In this document: positions 13,769-26,621 of the stretch, one piece after another
Layout: each line of letters begins with the position of its first letter
How positions within the stretch are numbered: the stretch's first letter is position 1
Assembly (NCBI GenBank): GCA_964016885.1
Contig: OZ024742.1
Coordinates: 346,394,001 to 346,458,000 of the forward strand
Origin: Eledone cirrhosa
Lineage: Eukaryota
Reading direction: 5' to 3'
Length of the DNA: 64,000 nucleotides
The notes under the pieces: model-generated
Database searches by the model: none
The model's input: the letters and a program-made list of their open reading frames with translations, nothing else
Told to the model about the DNA's origin: nothing
Made by a program: the position numbers and the translations under genes

Positions 13769-15116
13769 GTTCATCGCTATAAGTGGTCACCCCCCCCCCC
13801 AAAAAAAAGAAAAAAATAGCACATCTGGTTTTGTGAGTAACATTACGAATACACAGCAAATTTAACGACAAACTATGAAAATACTCAAGGACACGCACAC
13901 ACGCACATGTGGAATTCGCACAGACAGACTTTTTCTCTCACGCATCAATTAACTGTCGCATTTCACCAATATATATATGTTTCTCGTTTCTTACAACGAA
14001 CACTTTCAAAACAAAAAAAAAAAAAAACATTTCACGATATATATATGTTTCTCGTTTCTTACAACGAACTCTTTCAAAAAAAAAAAAAAAAAAAGAAATT
14101 TGATATTCTTTAAAAAACATTTCAACAGGAACATTTATTTTCGATGAACCATTGCCTTTTTGTTCATCGTTTTCTTCATCGTTCAAGTTTTTTGTTTTTT
14201 TCAAAAGTTCACACCAATAATTATGCTGAGTGAAGCCTTTCTTTTTCATCATTGTCACTTTCAACATTGCACTATCATTTTCTCGCGCGTTAGAAATATT
14301 ATTTTTTTTCAACCTTGTATTGGCACGTGTAGGCAGCACAAATTCTCGATTCACAGAGATGTCTCTACTCACAGACAGCCGCACGCCAGAGATAACATTT
14401 CTCACCAGGGATTCTTCAGCCTTAAGCTATATTCTTCTATTTGCCGGTTTATAAATTTACAATGTAAATTTACAGTTGATAACCGCGCATTTATTAAGAA
14501 TGATTATTTCTCTGGTCGCTGGTCTCTTGACCCTTCCAGGTCAACGCATTCTCAACATCGACCATCAACTTCGGCTGCTATTTCTAGCACTTTGCGCAAC
14601 TCATTTTTTCTAAAAAAATTTTTTTTACTGTGAATTTAAACACCGAATACGCTCACTCAGCGAGACAACAGCAGCAGCAACAGCAATATAACAGCAACAG
14701 CAATACATCAATACAGCTTCACCAAAGCCAGAGAATTTATTTTTGCAGCACTCTTCCTGTGAGAAAATCCATTCGGAGGTTGGAAATTTCACGATATACC
14801 ACAGAACAGAAACCACCTGCATTCATTCTCTGGAACACACTTTCTTTCCTGCTGTCATGTGATTGCACACCTGTGAACTATATTTTGAACTTTGAGCTCT
14901 TCTATTACTTTTACTTTATTACATTGTATCTTTGGGTGATGGATAGATGGATATCCAGTCGTTCTCTGGCCAAGAGCGGTTGGCTACCTTGATATCTATC
15001 ATTGATTTTTCCAAACATTCTTTTGTCGTAATTTTCATGCCTGTTACAACATTCTCGCCAACTTGCTACATATTTTCATTTCGATTTTTATACACTAAAA
15101 TTCTGGCGGGAGGTTA

Positions 15117-15483
15117 TGTAGCGGTTGTCTCCCTTGTTTTGATTGGGATCTAGACGGGAGGTGGAACCCTTTCTGCAACTTCCGGTCAGAGCCCTATAAA
15201 ACTAACAACTCTAAGCTTTCTAACTCTCTTTGCCTTTTCGGCACCAGGTCAAGAGCCTCTCATTTGGCTCTGCCATTAATTTGGCCAACAGGCGCCTGGC
15301 CTTAGCCAGGCGTCCTCTGCCAGCCGCGTTTGCCTGGCAATCAAAACGGTAACTACTAACTTTGTTTCATTCTAACATCTATCTTTGACATGTCAAGTAT
15401 ACTATCTACCATTGTTAATTAAATATTATACACCAAACCATGTATTCCTTGTTACATTCATACAACCCAGTATCCTCGCTATA
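15117..15483 (+). repeat. 3' LTR
   Basis: Direct repeat of 13369-13735, followed by TSD CCCT. Confidence 0.92.
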
Positions 15484-15884
15484 CCCTCATATATGTACTT
15501 ACGCACACATTTTCACCATACACATGCATTTGTACATACCCACATATGTACATTTGTGAGTGTATATACATATACACATACTCTAACTATATTTCCTTAT
15601 TTTTTTATATATCTCTTGCATTACTTTTATTTATATATTTTTTGCCCGTTAAACTCTTGCATTTCTTGAGGGGACTTTTCAAATATTTCACTATGTTTTA
15701 AATTGCTTTGTCCGACGAACGAATGATTTTCGTATTCGTTTTTCGTATTCGTCTTATTCAGGAAACCTCTGGTAATGAGGTAATTATATTGTATTGTTTA
15801 TTATACATTAAATTTTGCTCTGGTACTTACAAAGAGCACTCTTCACTCCTATGACTTTTTCAATTTTCAACGGAAACTTCAATA

Positions 15885-15968
<84 letters not shown>

Positions 15969-16056
15969 AAGAAGGAATTTGTAGTTTACATGAAGCATTG
16001 TATATGGTATAAAGAATTCGAAGTTTAAAAGCAACGACTATGCAGGTTTTCATTTT

Positions 16057-16154
<98 letters not shown>

Positions 16155-16279
16155 AAACAGTGTTGTCTCTGTTCAAGACGAAGTTAGAGTGCATTTCAAT
16201 ACATATAAAATTAATAAGCTCATCGCTAGAACAGTCATTAAAACAACTAAATGCTGTCAAGGAAAGAAATAAAGGAAGA

Positions 16280-16499
16280 GGATGTACAAGACAAGTTTAC
16301 ACACACACATCTTCACCCTCATCAGCTCTAAAACCAGCAAAATGGTTTTGCACGATTTAATTGAGAGTACTATTTTATTTTTCTGTTACACGATCCAGCA
16401 TTTTAAAATGGAACTCTCAATTAAATCGTGCAAAATCGTGCTGCTGGTATGAGAGCTGATGAGGGTGAAGATGTGTGTGCAAACTTGTATTGTACATCC
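16280..16499. repeat. Imperfect palindrome with ~90-bp arms
   Basis: GGATGTACAA...TTGAGAGT / ACTCTCAA...TTGTACATCC. Confidence 0.75.
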
Positions 16500-17350
16500 G
16501 CTTTTTTTATTTCCTCTTCCAGTCACTTCTGTGCCCCAACACACTTCTCCTTGTCCTATTCTTTCAATCTGTCAGGCTCCCACCTTGTGGTGTCTCTCTG
16601 TTGACCATCAGCCCGTTTTCTTCGGAAACAATCCGGGGTAAAGAATATCGTGTTACAGAGAATGGTAAGCTGCCTGGGTCAAGCTAAGGTCTATACAGAT
16701 GGGGCAAATTTAGGAACATACCAAGTAGAAAAATTCAGGTTAAAATTTAAAGTTAAAGCTGGGGTTAATTTTATGAATTAAAAATTAAAACCAAACATTA
16801 AAATTGAATGTTTAAAAATGTTTAAAATTTTATTAAATAAGTAGAGTTCGTACAGTTGGCCGGTGAAGTACCGTATGTTAGGCAATCACCAATTAGAAAA
16901 ACCAGTTACGTTAATGATACTAATTATAGAGTTGTGTAAATCAGGGACCTAATAAACAAATATAATGTTAGTTAAGCTAAGCTAAGTCACTACCCGTTTA
17001 GGGTTCCACTCATAGATCAATGTTATATTATACTATATAAAAGTATGGTATGGCCGTTAACAACAGCTGAAAATGGTGACCCCCCACCCACCCCACCCAC
17101 AATACACCTAGGGCTCAAAGGCCCACCGACCGTTCAGAGTATTACGGTATACGGTAGAAAAGGGAAATTTAGTTTATTTCCTAGCACTCAAGGAGGTGAA
17201 CAGATCCAGTGCCTCGAGCACAGCTAGAAAGGTCCCTACCACCAGCCGGTGTTGTAATATATACCTGGTATTCCGAGTTATCCAAACCAGTGAAGTTATT
17301 GCTAAAGTCGAGGAGTATCAAAACAATCTAATATATATACATATTTAATT

Positions 17351-17528
17351 AATTGTTTCTACTTTTGGCACAAGGCCAATAATTCTCCCAGTGCATTACT
17401 GGTATTTTATTTTATAGACCCCATCAGGATGAAAGGCGGGATTTGAACTCAAAATGGCAAGGGCCGTAACTCTATGTGCCAAAGCATGGTGTCCGACCCT
17501 CTACCGATACTGCCAATCTACCGCCCTT
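17351..17528 (-). mobile_element. tRNA-derived SINE (Meta/MESC-type core, OR1-like)
   Basis: Reverse complement of the SINE at 46808-46997; B-box GAGTTCAAATCC. Confidence 0.8.
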
Positions 17529-17855
17529 AATAAAGTATATACATATTTAATTAATGGAAAATATAATGTGTCGGGGACATAGAAAGTAAAATAATTTAGG
17601 TAAACGATAGGTAAAATGTCTACAAAAAATCTAATCGCAAGCATATACAGAATGGTTGTCATGGGAGTGAAATATATATTAAATTAAATTAAAACTAAAA
17701 ATAAAGAATAAAAAATATTAAGAAATATTAAAAGAAAAGATATAGAAATACAAAATAACAAATTGGGTGTAACAGATAAACAAATATATAGCAGACGTAT
17801 TACGTCAAGGTTAACATTGCAGAATGACCAATTCTACCCAGTGGTAAACCACCAA

Positions 17856-17937
<82 letters not shown>

Positions 17938-18033
17938 GTAGATCACTGGAAGGTAATATCCGTAGTGGTAGAGCACTCAGTCCATGGGACGAGTTAGGTG
18001 GAAGTGGGTACACAACAGTTACTGTAGTTTAAG

Positions 18034-21000
18034 AAGGTGTTGTTTCTATTACGATGTTTTTTGTATCTTATGTTCTTAACTAGTTTAATTAGATCATTCT
18101 CAAAAGAGTTTAATAAGGTGTTGTGAGGAGGGCTTTTAAATGTTTTATAGTCGTAAGAGTCGAAGTTATTTGTATCTCTGTTTTTGTCTGATCGGTTTCT
18201 ATTGTAATGGAATGTCCTCCTACCAATACCACCTAAAGATACATATGAAAAATTATTAATTAATAGTGTCAACTCTTTTATCAATAGAGTGAGATGGAGA
18301 ACATTCCATTATGATAGAAACCGATCAGACAAAAACAGAGATACAAATAACTTCGACTCTTACGGCTTTAAAACATTTAAAAGCCCTCCTCACAACACCT
18401 TATTAAACTCTTTTGAGAATGATCTAATTAAACTAGTTAAGAACATAAGATACAAAAAACATCGTAATAGAAATAACACCTTAAATTACATTAACTCCAC
18501 TATTAAAGGATTTAATAAAAATAAAAAAAATCTTAGTACATGCAGATAAAACTAATAATATATATAAACTAATAATATATATACGATACTTATAGAAAAT
18601 TTATATATAAGGAACTGCATAGGAGCTATAGGAAAACTACTACTAAAAACCTAGAAGATATAAATATAGAAGGCCGTAGTATAATGTGTAAATTGGGACT
18701 TCAGAAACATACACAGCCATACCCCCCCAAGATTCTCTCTGAATGACCATAAAGAAGACTTCATTTAGTAACCCTTCAATAAGACTAATTTGCCCTTCAA
18801 AATCTGATATTGGTATTATCAGCAAGAAAATATTAGATAGAATCATCCCTCAATTTAAGCACAAAATATATCTTAACCAATGGGGAAATACAGGTGAAGT
18901 TATTGAATGGTTCAAGGATATTAAAGAGAGTAAAAATTTAAAAATTATACAATTTGATATCAATTCATACTACACCTCTATTTCCCCTATCCTATTAAAT
19001 AAGGCTTTAATTATGGCCATGAACAATAGTGACCTGACTAGATCCCAAATTGATGTCATACTTGCGGCCCGAAAAAACATAATTACATTTGAAGACCAAT
19101 TATGGACCCGCAAGGATACGAATAACAACTCCGGAATCCTCACCACCACCCCTCTCCACACCTCTGACGCCTCCCCATCCACACGCACACACACACCTTT
19201 TCCTGAACATGGAACCTCGTTTTTCCCCTAACTCTCACATTCACATACACACACACACGCGTACACCTACACACATACACAAACACCACCTTCAGCCCTC
19301 CCCGCTCGGACACCCCGCCTCCCTCTCCCCACTCCACCCGCCACCACCCCTACACGCCCCACATCCTTCCATTACTTCCTGGGCGCTGATCCATAGGCTG
19401 TCTCACGTTTTGCTTAACTTTTGGTATAACGCGTTCTAGGATTTTTTTACCGATTCTCCTTAATGTTTCCTGCATTCGATGGTGGATTGTACCGGGATGA
19501 TGGGCTCCTCATCCTCAAAGGGTACAACCCCAGTAGTACAGACCGGGTCCGTAAACAACTAATCAACTTCTTCCAGGACTGGGGATTTAAAATCACCCTA
19601 CAAACGTCCCTAACCCGAGTCAATTTCCTCGACGTTACACTTAACCTCGAAAATGATCTGTACTACCCATACCGGAAACCAAACGACAACCTGCAATACA
19701 TCCACCGCCGCTCTAACCATCCTAGAAACATCACCAATAACCTGGTTAAAAACATCTCCCTCTGCATATCTCGTTTGTCTGCTAATAAGCAGATATTCTA
19801 CGAACATGCGCCTCATTACAACCAGGCCCTCAAGCGGAGTGGCTTCCGGGAGGAAATATGCTTTTATCCAGCTTCCCTTAGGAAGCTGGATAAAAGGATA
19901 TTTCCTCGTTCAATCCTCCCCATAATGCCGAGGTGGCAACACCTATCGGGAAAATCTTCTTTAGGCTCCTCGAAAAACACTTCCCACTACAACAGCGCTA
20001 CCACAACATAATCAACAAAAACACCATCAAACTCTCCTACAGCACCACATCTAACTTCGCACAAAACATCATCTCCTCAAACAACAAAATATCAACCCTT
20101 ATGGAAGAAACAACCTAGACATCAGTGGAGAGCCGACCAGGAGGTGTAACTGCCCTGATAGATCTACGTGCCCCCTCAACAACAAATGCCGTGAACGTAA
20201 CGTGATCTACCAGTCCAACGTGAGGACGGACACCTCCAACAAAGTTTATATAGGATTAACCGCGTGTGACTTCAAGACCTGGCTCTACCAACACCGACAT
20301 ACTTTCCAAAACCCGTCCGGCGAAATGCCACTACACTTTCGGGCCACATCTGGGACCTCGAAGATAATAATATAACCTACAATCTTACTTGGAGCTAACT
20401 CTTACACGGGAGGACGCTGTCCGGGTAACTGCATGCAAACACAGATTGCGTAGGACTTACCTCGCCCTCAAACCCCATAACGACCCGGGTGGGTAGACAA
20501 GGGCTGATACCCCCCCCCCCACACACACACACACTTGCCGAATAAGTTAGGGGAAACCCCAGCTTACATAGGTAGATGTATCTCTTTTCTTTTCCTCTAT
20601 GTCTTCTTCCTCCTGTCTCATCCTATCACTTCCTTCCACCCCCTATTTTCTTCCTCGTCTGCTTTTCCCCCTTTCGCCTACCCCGATGCAGCCCATCGGG
20701 CCTCTGTAACATCAGTTCCCCCACCCCTCTAATTTTAAGATAGAATTGGCCGAATACGTTTTACTAACTACTTATAGCAGATGTGTTAGACCCCTTTAAT
20801 TTTGTATCAGTTTTCTTTCTACTCCTTTTCTACAATTTCTTTCTATTCTCAACTTAACCTATAATTGTAAGATAGCATTGTGATTTTTTTATTCATTTCT
20901 CACTATCTAATTTTATATATGTTTTTTTATTTATTTCTATTATCTTTTATTGTCTCCTACTCTCCTTCGAATTACCTATTCTATAACCTCTCCTCCATTA

Positions 21001-21301
21001 CATACACTATCCTTACAATCTGCTGTATACATATCACTTTCAACGCTTGACCGGCTCCACTCACTCCCTGATTGTTCTACAGGCAAGTTCAGCCACCCCT
21101 ACCTCCAACCAAATGCCATGATAGACTTATTTGTGTTCACAACAAATTTTAACCAATCCTCTTGACAACTACAATCTTCCCATGTAAGGAAGTACCCCCT
21201 TGACAAGTTCGGCTATTTATTCACCAGGCTAAAAATTATAATTTAGTCCAGAAATAGCCGTCGAAACGGCTTGAGCTCTGCCGTCGGGGTCATACTTTTT
21301 C
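18034..21301 (+). mobile_element. Degenerate Naiad-type PLE with 5' inversion and internal foreign insert
   Basis: IPP..YEKLLINSVNSFINRVRWR, RLICPSKSDIG, QWGNT.EVIEWF, QFDI..YY.SI, GLYRDDGL, NFLDVTL, SNHP, CNC..CPL..KC..VIY..YIGLT; 18034-18219 is an inverted copy of 18296-18482; ends in an HHR motif then (TA)n. Confidence 0.88.
21194..21290 (+). ncRNA. Degenerate type I hammerhead at the PLE 3' end
   Basis: ACCCC-(CTTGACAA)-..CGGCTATTT...AAATAGCCG..-GAAAC-GGC..GCC-GTC-GGGGT; helices intact, 5' core mutated. Confidence 0.6.
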
Positions 21302-21744
21302 ATATATATATATATATATATACATATACTTTCTTTGCTCGTCTCCCCGCCCTGTTTTCTTTTCTTTCCTACATATCCTGTCTTAGAAAGATTCACAATA
21401 AATGTCAACTGCATCGCTATCTCACCTATCTCTGTGGACTTATGACGGACAGGAGCACTGCCTCTCCTAGAAAACTATACGAAATCTCATCACCTATGAT
21501 ATGATAATGTTGGCTCCTATGGTTTCATTAATTAAGAAGCTCTATTTGTAAAGAAATCCAGACTTTCAATTAGCTACATCTTAATTAGCTTAAACTACTA
21601 AGTACTATTTCTAAAGAATCTCTAGTGTTTAATTAGCTAATATCAATTAGCTAACATTACATTTGTTTCAGTTCTATGTGTAGATAGTAAAGGTGAATTT
21701 CTATAAAGAAACTAACAAGAACATACCATGACATCTGGGTCATT

Positions 21745-21861
21745 AATTGTTTCTACTTTAGGCACAAGGCCAGCAATTAACTAGTGCATTACTGGTACTT
21801 TATTTTATCGACCCCGTAAGGATGAAAGGCAAAGGTAACCTCGGCGGGATTTGAACTCAGA
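21745..21861 (-). mobile_element. OR1-like SINE, partial
   Basis: Reverse complement of the SINE 3' two-thirds. Confidence 0.8.
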
Positions 21862-21983
21862 GGGCATGTTACAATGTCGTCGTTTGTATAACTTTTGACA
21901 TTGTCCTTATTTATTTGTAGCATTTTATAAAATATCTCTTGCTATTTGTTACAATTATATTCTATGGTTATATGGTAAGGAAA

Positions 21984-22297
21984 GCGCATGGATTTGTGGT
22001 TAGGATTTTCGCTCACAATCATAAGGTCCTAAGTTCAATTCCCGGCAGCGCGTTGTGATCTTGAACAAAACACTTTATTACACGTTGTTGCAGTCCACTC
22101 AGCTAGCAAACATAAATTGTACCTGTAATTGTTATATTACAGCCTTGATATATTCTGTGTCACGCTGAATCTCCCCGAAAACTACATTATGGGCCCACGT
22201 CTCTGTAGAATGCTCAGACACTTGCACGTTAATTTCGCGAGCAAACCTGCTGATCGTATCAACTGGAACACTCGTCGTCGTAACTAACGGAATGCCT
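21984..22297 (+). mobile_element. tRNA-derived CORE-type SINE (OR2-like)
   Basis: A/B-box-like head, then TTGTGATCTTGAACAAAACACTT CORE-like segment; homologous to 31786-31925. Confidence 0.65.
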
Positions 22298-22580
22298 GTT
22301 ATATATCATGAGATATGGCGGCAAATGGTTAGGAGAATCGTTAGGACGTCGGATAGAATACTTTGTTATGTTCGTTGCAGCTCTCTACTCTCTCAAATCC
22401 CATCGAGGTCAACTTTACCTTTTATCTATTCAAGATATGAAAAAGTATCAGTCTAGTACGGGGGTTGATTCTGTCTCTCTCTCTCTCTCTCGATATATAT
22501 ATACGTTACGTTATTCCGGGTTGAATCGGAGGTAACCACAGTAAGTAAGGTACTCAATACATAGCCGAGTATAAAAGTTT

Positions 22581-22666
22581 TAATATAGATGAGATTCTAC
22601 AGGACTAGAACTGATGATTTCTAAAGAATGAAACAGTTCTAGTCCTGTAGAATCTCATCTATATTA
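22581..22666. repeat. Perfect 33-bp-arm palindrome overlapping a hammerhead core
   Basis: Arms 22581-22613 / 22634-22666; CTGATGA-TTTCTAAAGAAT-GAAAC-AGTTCTA-GTC. Confidence 0.8.
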
Positions 22667-22743
22667 TATATATATATATATATAGTAATAATAATAAATT
22701 TGAAGACTAAAATCCAAAGCTTAAACTTTAATCTGTTATTTTA

Positions 22744-22806
<63 letters not shown>

Positions 22807-23092
22807 TTCCTTTCCCTCACTCTCTATCCTTCTCAAGAAAACATCTGGTGTGTTCAGACCAGGAGACGAGATAGGCTCTGCCAGATTTTAAAATGTCCTA
22901 GAAATGCTGTATATCAATACGCCGCCCCTACGACTCCTTTGAGAGTTAGGGGACTTTGCATGAATATCGTGAGGTACCTCATGCTGAATGTAAGGGATTT
23001 AGTGGTAAAAGTGTTCTTCTCATAATCGCAAAGTCTTGAGTTCGATTCCCGGACCGGACGGCGCATGGTATTGATGTGCAGGATACATTTGA

Positions 23093-23270
23093 CAGTATCG
23101 GTAGAGGGTCGGACACCATGCTTTGACGCATAGAGTTACGGCCCTTGCCATTCTAAGTTCAAATCCCGCTGAGGTTAACTTTGCCTTTCATCCTTACGGG
23201 GTCGATAAAATAAAGTACCAGTAATACACTGGATAATTTGCTGGCCTTGTGCCAAAAGTAGAAACAATTA
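23093..23270 (+). mobile_element. OR1-like SINE
   Basis: Matches the other copies in the window. Confidence 0.85.
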
Positions 23271-23525
23271 TTTCAAGTTACTCCAGTGCTGACACTCAGC
23301 TGGGGTTAAAAGGGAGAGTTGTACTTGTAATTCAGCGACAGCCTTTTTGATAGTGACGGGATTGGCTACCCTGCAAGAAAGTGTTCCGCGAGTATCTCCC
23401 TCGCTATCCACCCGAGAAATGTTGTCCTGGAACAATGACACAACATCCCAGCTGAAACTTCACACATCAAGGAAAGTAAAACAGTAAATAGTTGAGGAAG
23501 AGAAAGGAAGAACATTTATGTGTTC

Positions 23526-23730
23526 TACAAGAGTCGGCTGAAAATTTCATTGGCTGACTATGAAAGAGTGATGCTAGAGCTGTGAAATCTTGCATGTATT
23601 AATTTCAACTCTTCTTATTAATAACTGCATTGGTTCTTTCCAGGGACTATGTTGAAAAATAAACCTCATTTGGTCATTACATGAGAGTATCTTGGTCAGC
23701 CTATGAATCATTCGGCCGCCCCCTTATGTA
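23526..23730. mobile_element. Mariner/Tc1-type MITE
   Basis: Degenerate ~32-bp TIRs (TACAAGAGTCGGCTGAAAATTTCATTGGCTGAC / GTCAGCCTATGAATCATTCGGCCGCCCCCTTATGTA) with TA ends. Confidence 0.65.
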
Positions 23731-23819
23731 TCTTATATTACCATTGTGGATTAGTGGTTAGTGTGTCAGGCTTATGATCTTAAAGTTGTAGGTTCGATTC
23801 CCGGCGACGCGTTGTGTCG

Positions 23820-24051
23820 CTCCACTCTCTCTCTATCACTTTGTATCCTTCTCTCTCCCTCTCACTCTTTCCCTCTACCTCTCCCGCTTTCTCGCTCTTT
23901 CCCTCTTTTTCCCTCTTTCTCTCTCTCCCTCTTTCTCTCCTTCTCTCTCTCACCCTCTTCTCACTATATCCCCCTCTCTATCCCCCTCCCTCTTACTATC
24001 CTCCCTCTACCCCCTCCACCCCCTCTATATCCCTCTCTATCCCCCTCTCTA

Positions 24052-24090
<39 letters not shown>

Positions 24091-24134
24091 CCCCTCTCTC
24101 TCTCTCTCTCTCTATCCCCCTCTCTCTCTCTCTC

Positions 24135-24176
<42 letters not shown>

Positions 24177-24298
24177 TATCCTCTCTCTCTCCCTCTCTCT
24201 CAGATAGAATGCTTTGCTGTATTTGTTCTGAATCTGAGTTTTAATCACGCTGAGGCCAACTTTGCCTTTCATCTTTTCGAGTCCAGAACTGGGAGCGA

Positions 24299-24383
<85 letters not shown>

Positions 24384-24420
24384 TCTCTCTCTCTCTCTCC
24401 CGCTCTCTCTCTGTCTCTCT
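23820..24420. repeat. (CT)n / pyrimidine-rich low-complexity tract
   Basis: Direct inspection. Confidence 0.9.
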
Positions 24421-24878
24421 GCAACCTTCTTCTTAAACCTTTTATCGTCAGCACCGATTGACTGGCAAATTCAAGTTATCAAGCTAATGAACGGCCGTTT
24501 CGTATAGAGTCTATACGGTCAACAGAAACGCTAGAAATAACAGCCAGTTCTTCCTCAAATGACACATTACCTGTATTAAGCCTTTTGTGACCATTTTTCT
24601 TATTATTTCAATTAAATTATAAAGAATATTTGAAGAACTTACTAAAGTTCTTATATAATTACTAAGATATGTTTATAAAAGAGTGTTTGAAGATTTTTAC
24701 TTAAACGGGAACACTTTAAAATGATCATAGGTTACTTGACCCACGATGACCTAGGTATACACAGCCACAATAGTAATATCATGTTGGCTGATTTGAATTT
24801 AAATAAGAACGCTATAAAATGGGTGGTTTCGTTTCATAGAACCAGAGCCAGTTTTGAACGGGTTGGTGTCATAAGGTG

Positions 24879-25048
24879 TTAGAGGGTTAGGGTTAGAGAT
24901 AGGGTTAGGGTTAGGCTTAGGCTTAGGCTTAGGCTTAGGGTTACGATTAGGGTTAGGATTAGGGTTAGGATAGGGTTAGGATAGGGTTAGGATAGGGTTA
25001 GGATAGGGTTAGGGTAGGGTTAGGATAGGGTTAGGATAGGGTAGGATT
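24879..25048 (+). repeat. Interstitial telomere-like repeat (TTAGGG/TTAGGC grading into 11-bp TAGGGTTAGGA units)
   Basis: Direct inspection. Confidence 0.85.
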
Positions 25049-25543
25049 ACATATGACAGTATAGATTTCTGATTTAGTGACTTATTGATATTGAATGCTT
25101 GTCTGTGATTTAAGGTTTTAACCTGAGGTTCCTGAAGTGTTGGATAATAGAGAACAGATTAATTCTTTGGAACACACATACATGTATTATTATTGTTGTT
25201 GTTATTGTTATTATTAGTATTATTATATAATGGTAAGGAGAGAACTCAATGATGTTGAAATAACTACGCATATATATATATATATATTTAAATGTGTGTT
25301 TGTGTGTATGTGTAAATAAATACATAAATATGTATATGTATATATATATACATGTATGTATATGTATATATGAATATATATACATATTATATATATAAAT
25401 ATATTTGCATGTATATATGTGTATATATATATATATATATTGGGGGGGTATGAATATATATATATATTGAAATATGCATTTATTTCAACTTCATTGAGTT
25501 GCTATTCTTGTTAAGGCACCTACAGTATATATATATATATATA

Positions 25544-26621
25544 TGAAAGACGTAAAATAAGAAAATTATAAAAATTAACTTACTAAAATTTCACTCCAAC
25601 TAATTAGTTTCTGAAAGGGAATAAACATGGTTTCCGAATGGAACACATGGAGAATACCTTTCGTCATCGGAAGTAAATTCTCAGCTAAGTTCCCAGGCGA
25701 TGCGTGGACACAGGGAACTTATACAAAAATAATTCAGTGGATGGAAAAAAGCAAGCGAGGACTAAATTCCAAGACATTGAAAAAATCACTGCCTACTTGG
25801 TCGGTGGCAAATTCAAAAGAATCAATCACTTGACATCGAGGTTAATCAGTGAGGAGTGGGGTGTTAAGAAGACAGTAGCCGGACTATTACTATGAACTAT
25901 AGTAGCAGTTTTGGCAAATTTTTGCTCAACAAAATAATTTGGAGATAATTATAAAGAATTAGTATATCTACCAACATATATATACAGATGCATACCTATG
26001 CTAGCAAATATATAGGTTTTGTCTTAGTAACTTTGTGGTTCAATGCAAGGGGATGCAGAACAATTATATAAAAGACGTAAAATAAGAAAATTATAAAAAT
26101 TAACTTACTAAAATTTCACTCCAACTACTTAGTTTCTGAAAGGGAATAAACATGGTTTCCGAATGGAACATGGAGAATACCTTTCGTCATCAGGAAGTAA
26201 ATTCTCAGCTAAGTTCCCAGGCGATGCGTGGACACAGGGAACTTATACAAAAATAATTCAGTGGATGGAAAAAAGCAAGCGAGGACTTGCTTTTTTCCAT
26301 CCACTGAATTATTTTTGTATAAGTTCCCTGTGTCGACGCATTGCCTAGGAACTTAGCTGAGAATACACTCCCTGATGACGTAAAGATTTTCTCTGTGGTT
26401 CCAATCCGAAACCATGTTTTATTCCCTTACAGAAACTAATTAGTTGGAGTGAAATTTTAGTAAGTAAGTTAATTTTTATAATTTTCTTATTTTACGTCTT
26501 TCATATAATTGTTCTGTATCCCCTTGCATTGAACCAGAAAGTTACTAAGACAAAACCTATATATTTGCTAGCATAGGTATGCATCTGTATATATATGTTG
26601 GTAGATATACTAATTCTTTAT
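25544..26621 (-). mobile_element. Non-coding PLE-like element: partial tandem repeat plus inverted copy
   Basis: 25546-25763 repeated at 26071-26287; palindrome 25950-26279 / 26286-26621; C(C/T)GATGA...GAAAC-CATG in each copy; TA-rich flanks. Confidence 0.8.

Larger units (their letters stand above)
13369..15483 (+). mobile_element. Non-autonomous LTR retrotransposon (Gypsy, CsRn1-like signals)
   Basis: Two near-identical 367-bp LTRs, tRNA-Trp PBS, PPT-like GGCGGGAGG before the 3' LTR, 4-bp TSD CCCT; no gag/pol recognisable. Confidence 0.92.
11548..15888 (+). mobile_element. Non-coding foldback element (arms ~11548-12435 and ~12745-15810), right arm interrupted by an LTR element
   Basis: Long reverse-complement identity between arms; (TA)n at both ends; HHR-like motif CCGACGA...GAAAC-CTCTG-GTA at 15706-15780 (+) and 11573-11640 (-). 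Confidence 0.8.

Noticed and set aside
19380-19440. 5S rRNA-like fragment on the minus strand
   Set aside because: Only scattered short matches; not supportable
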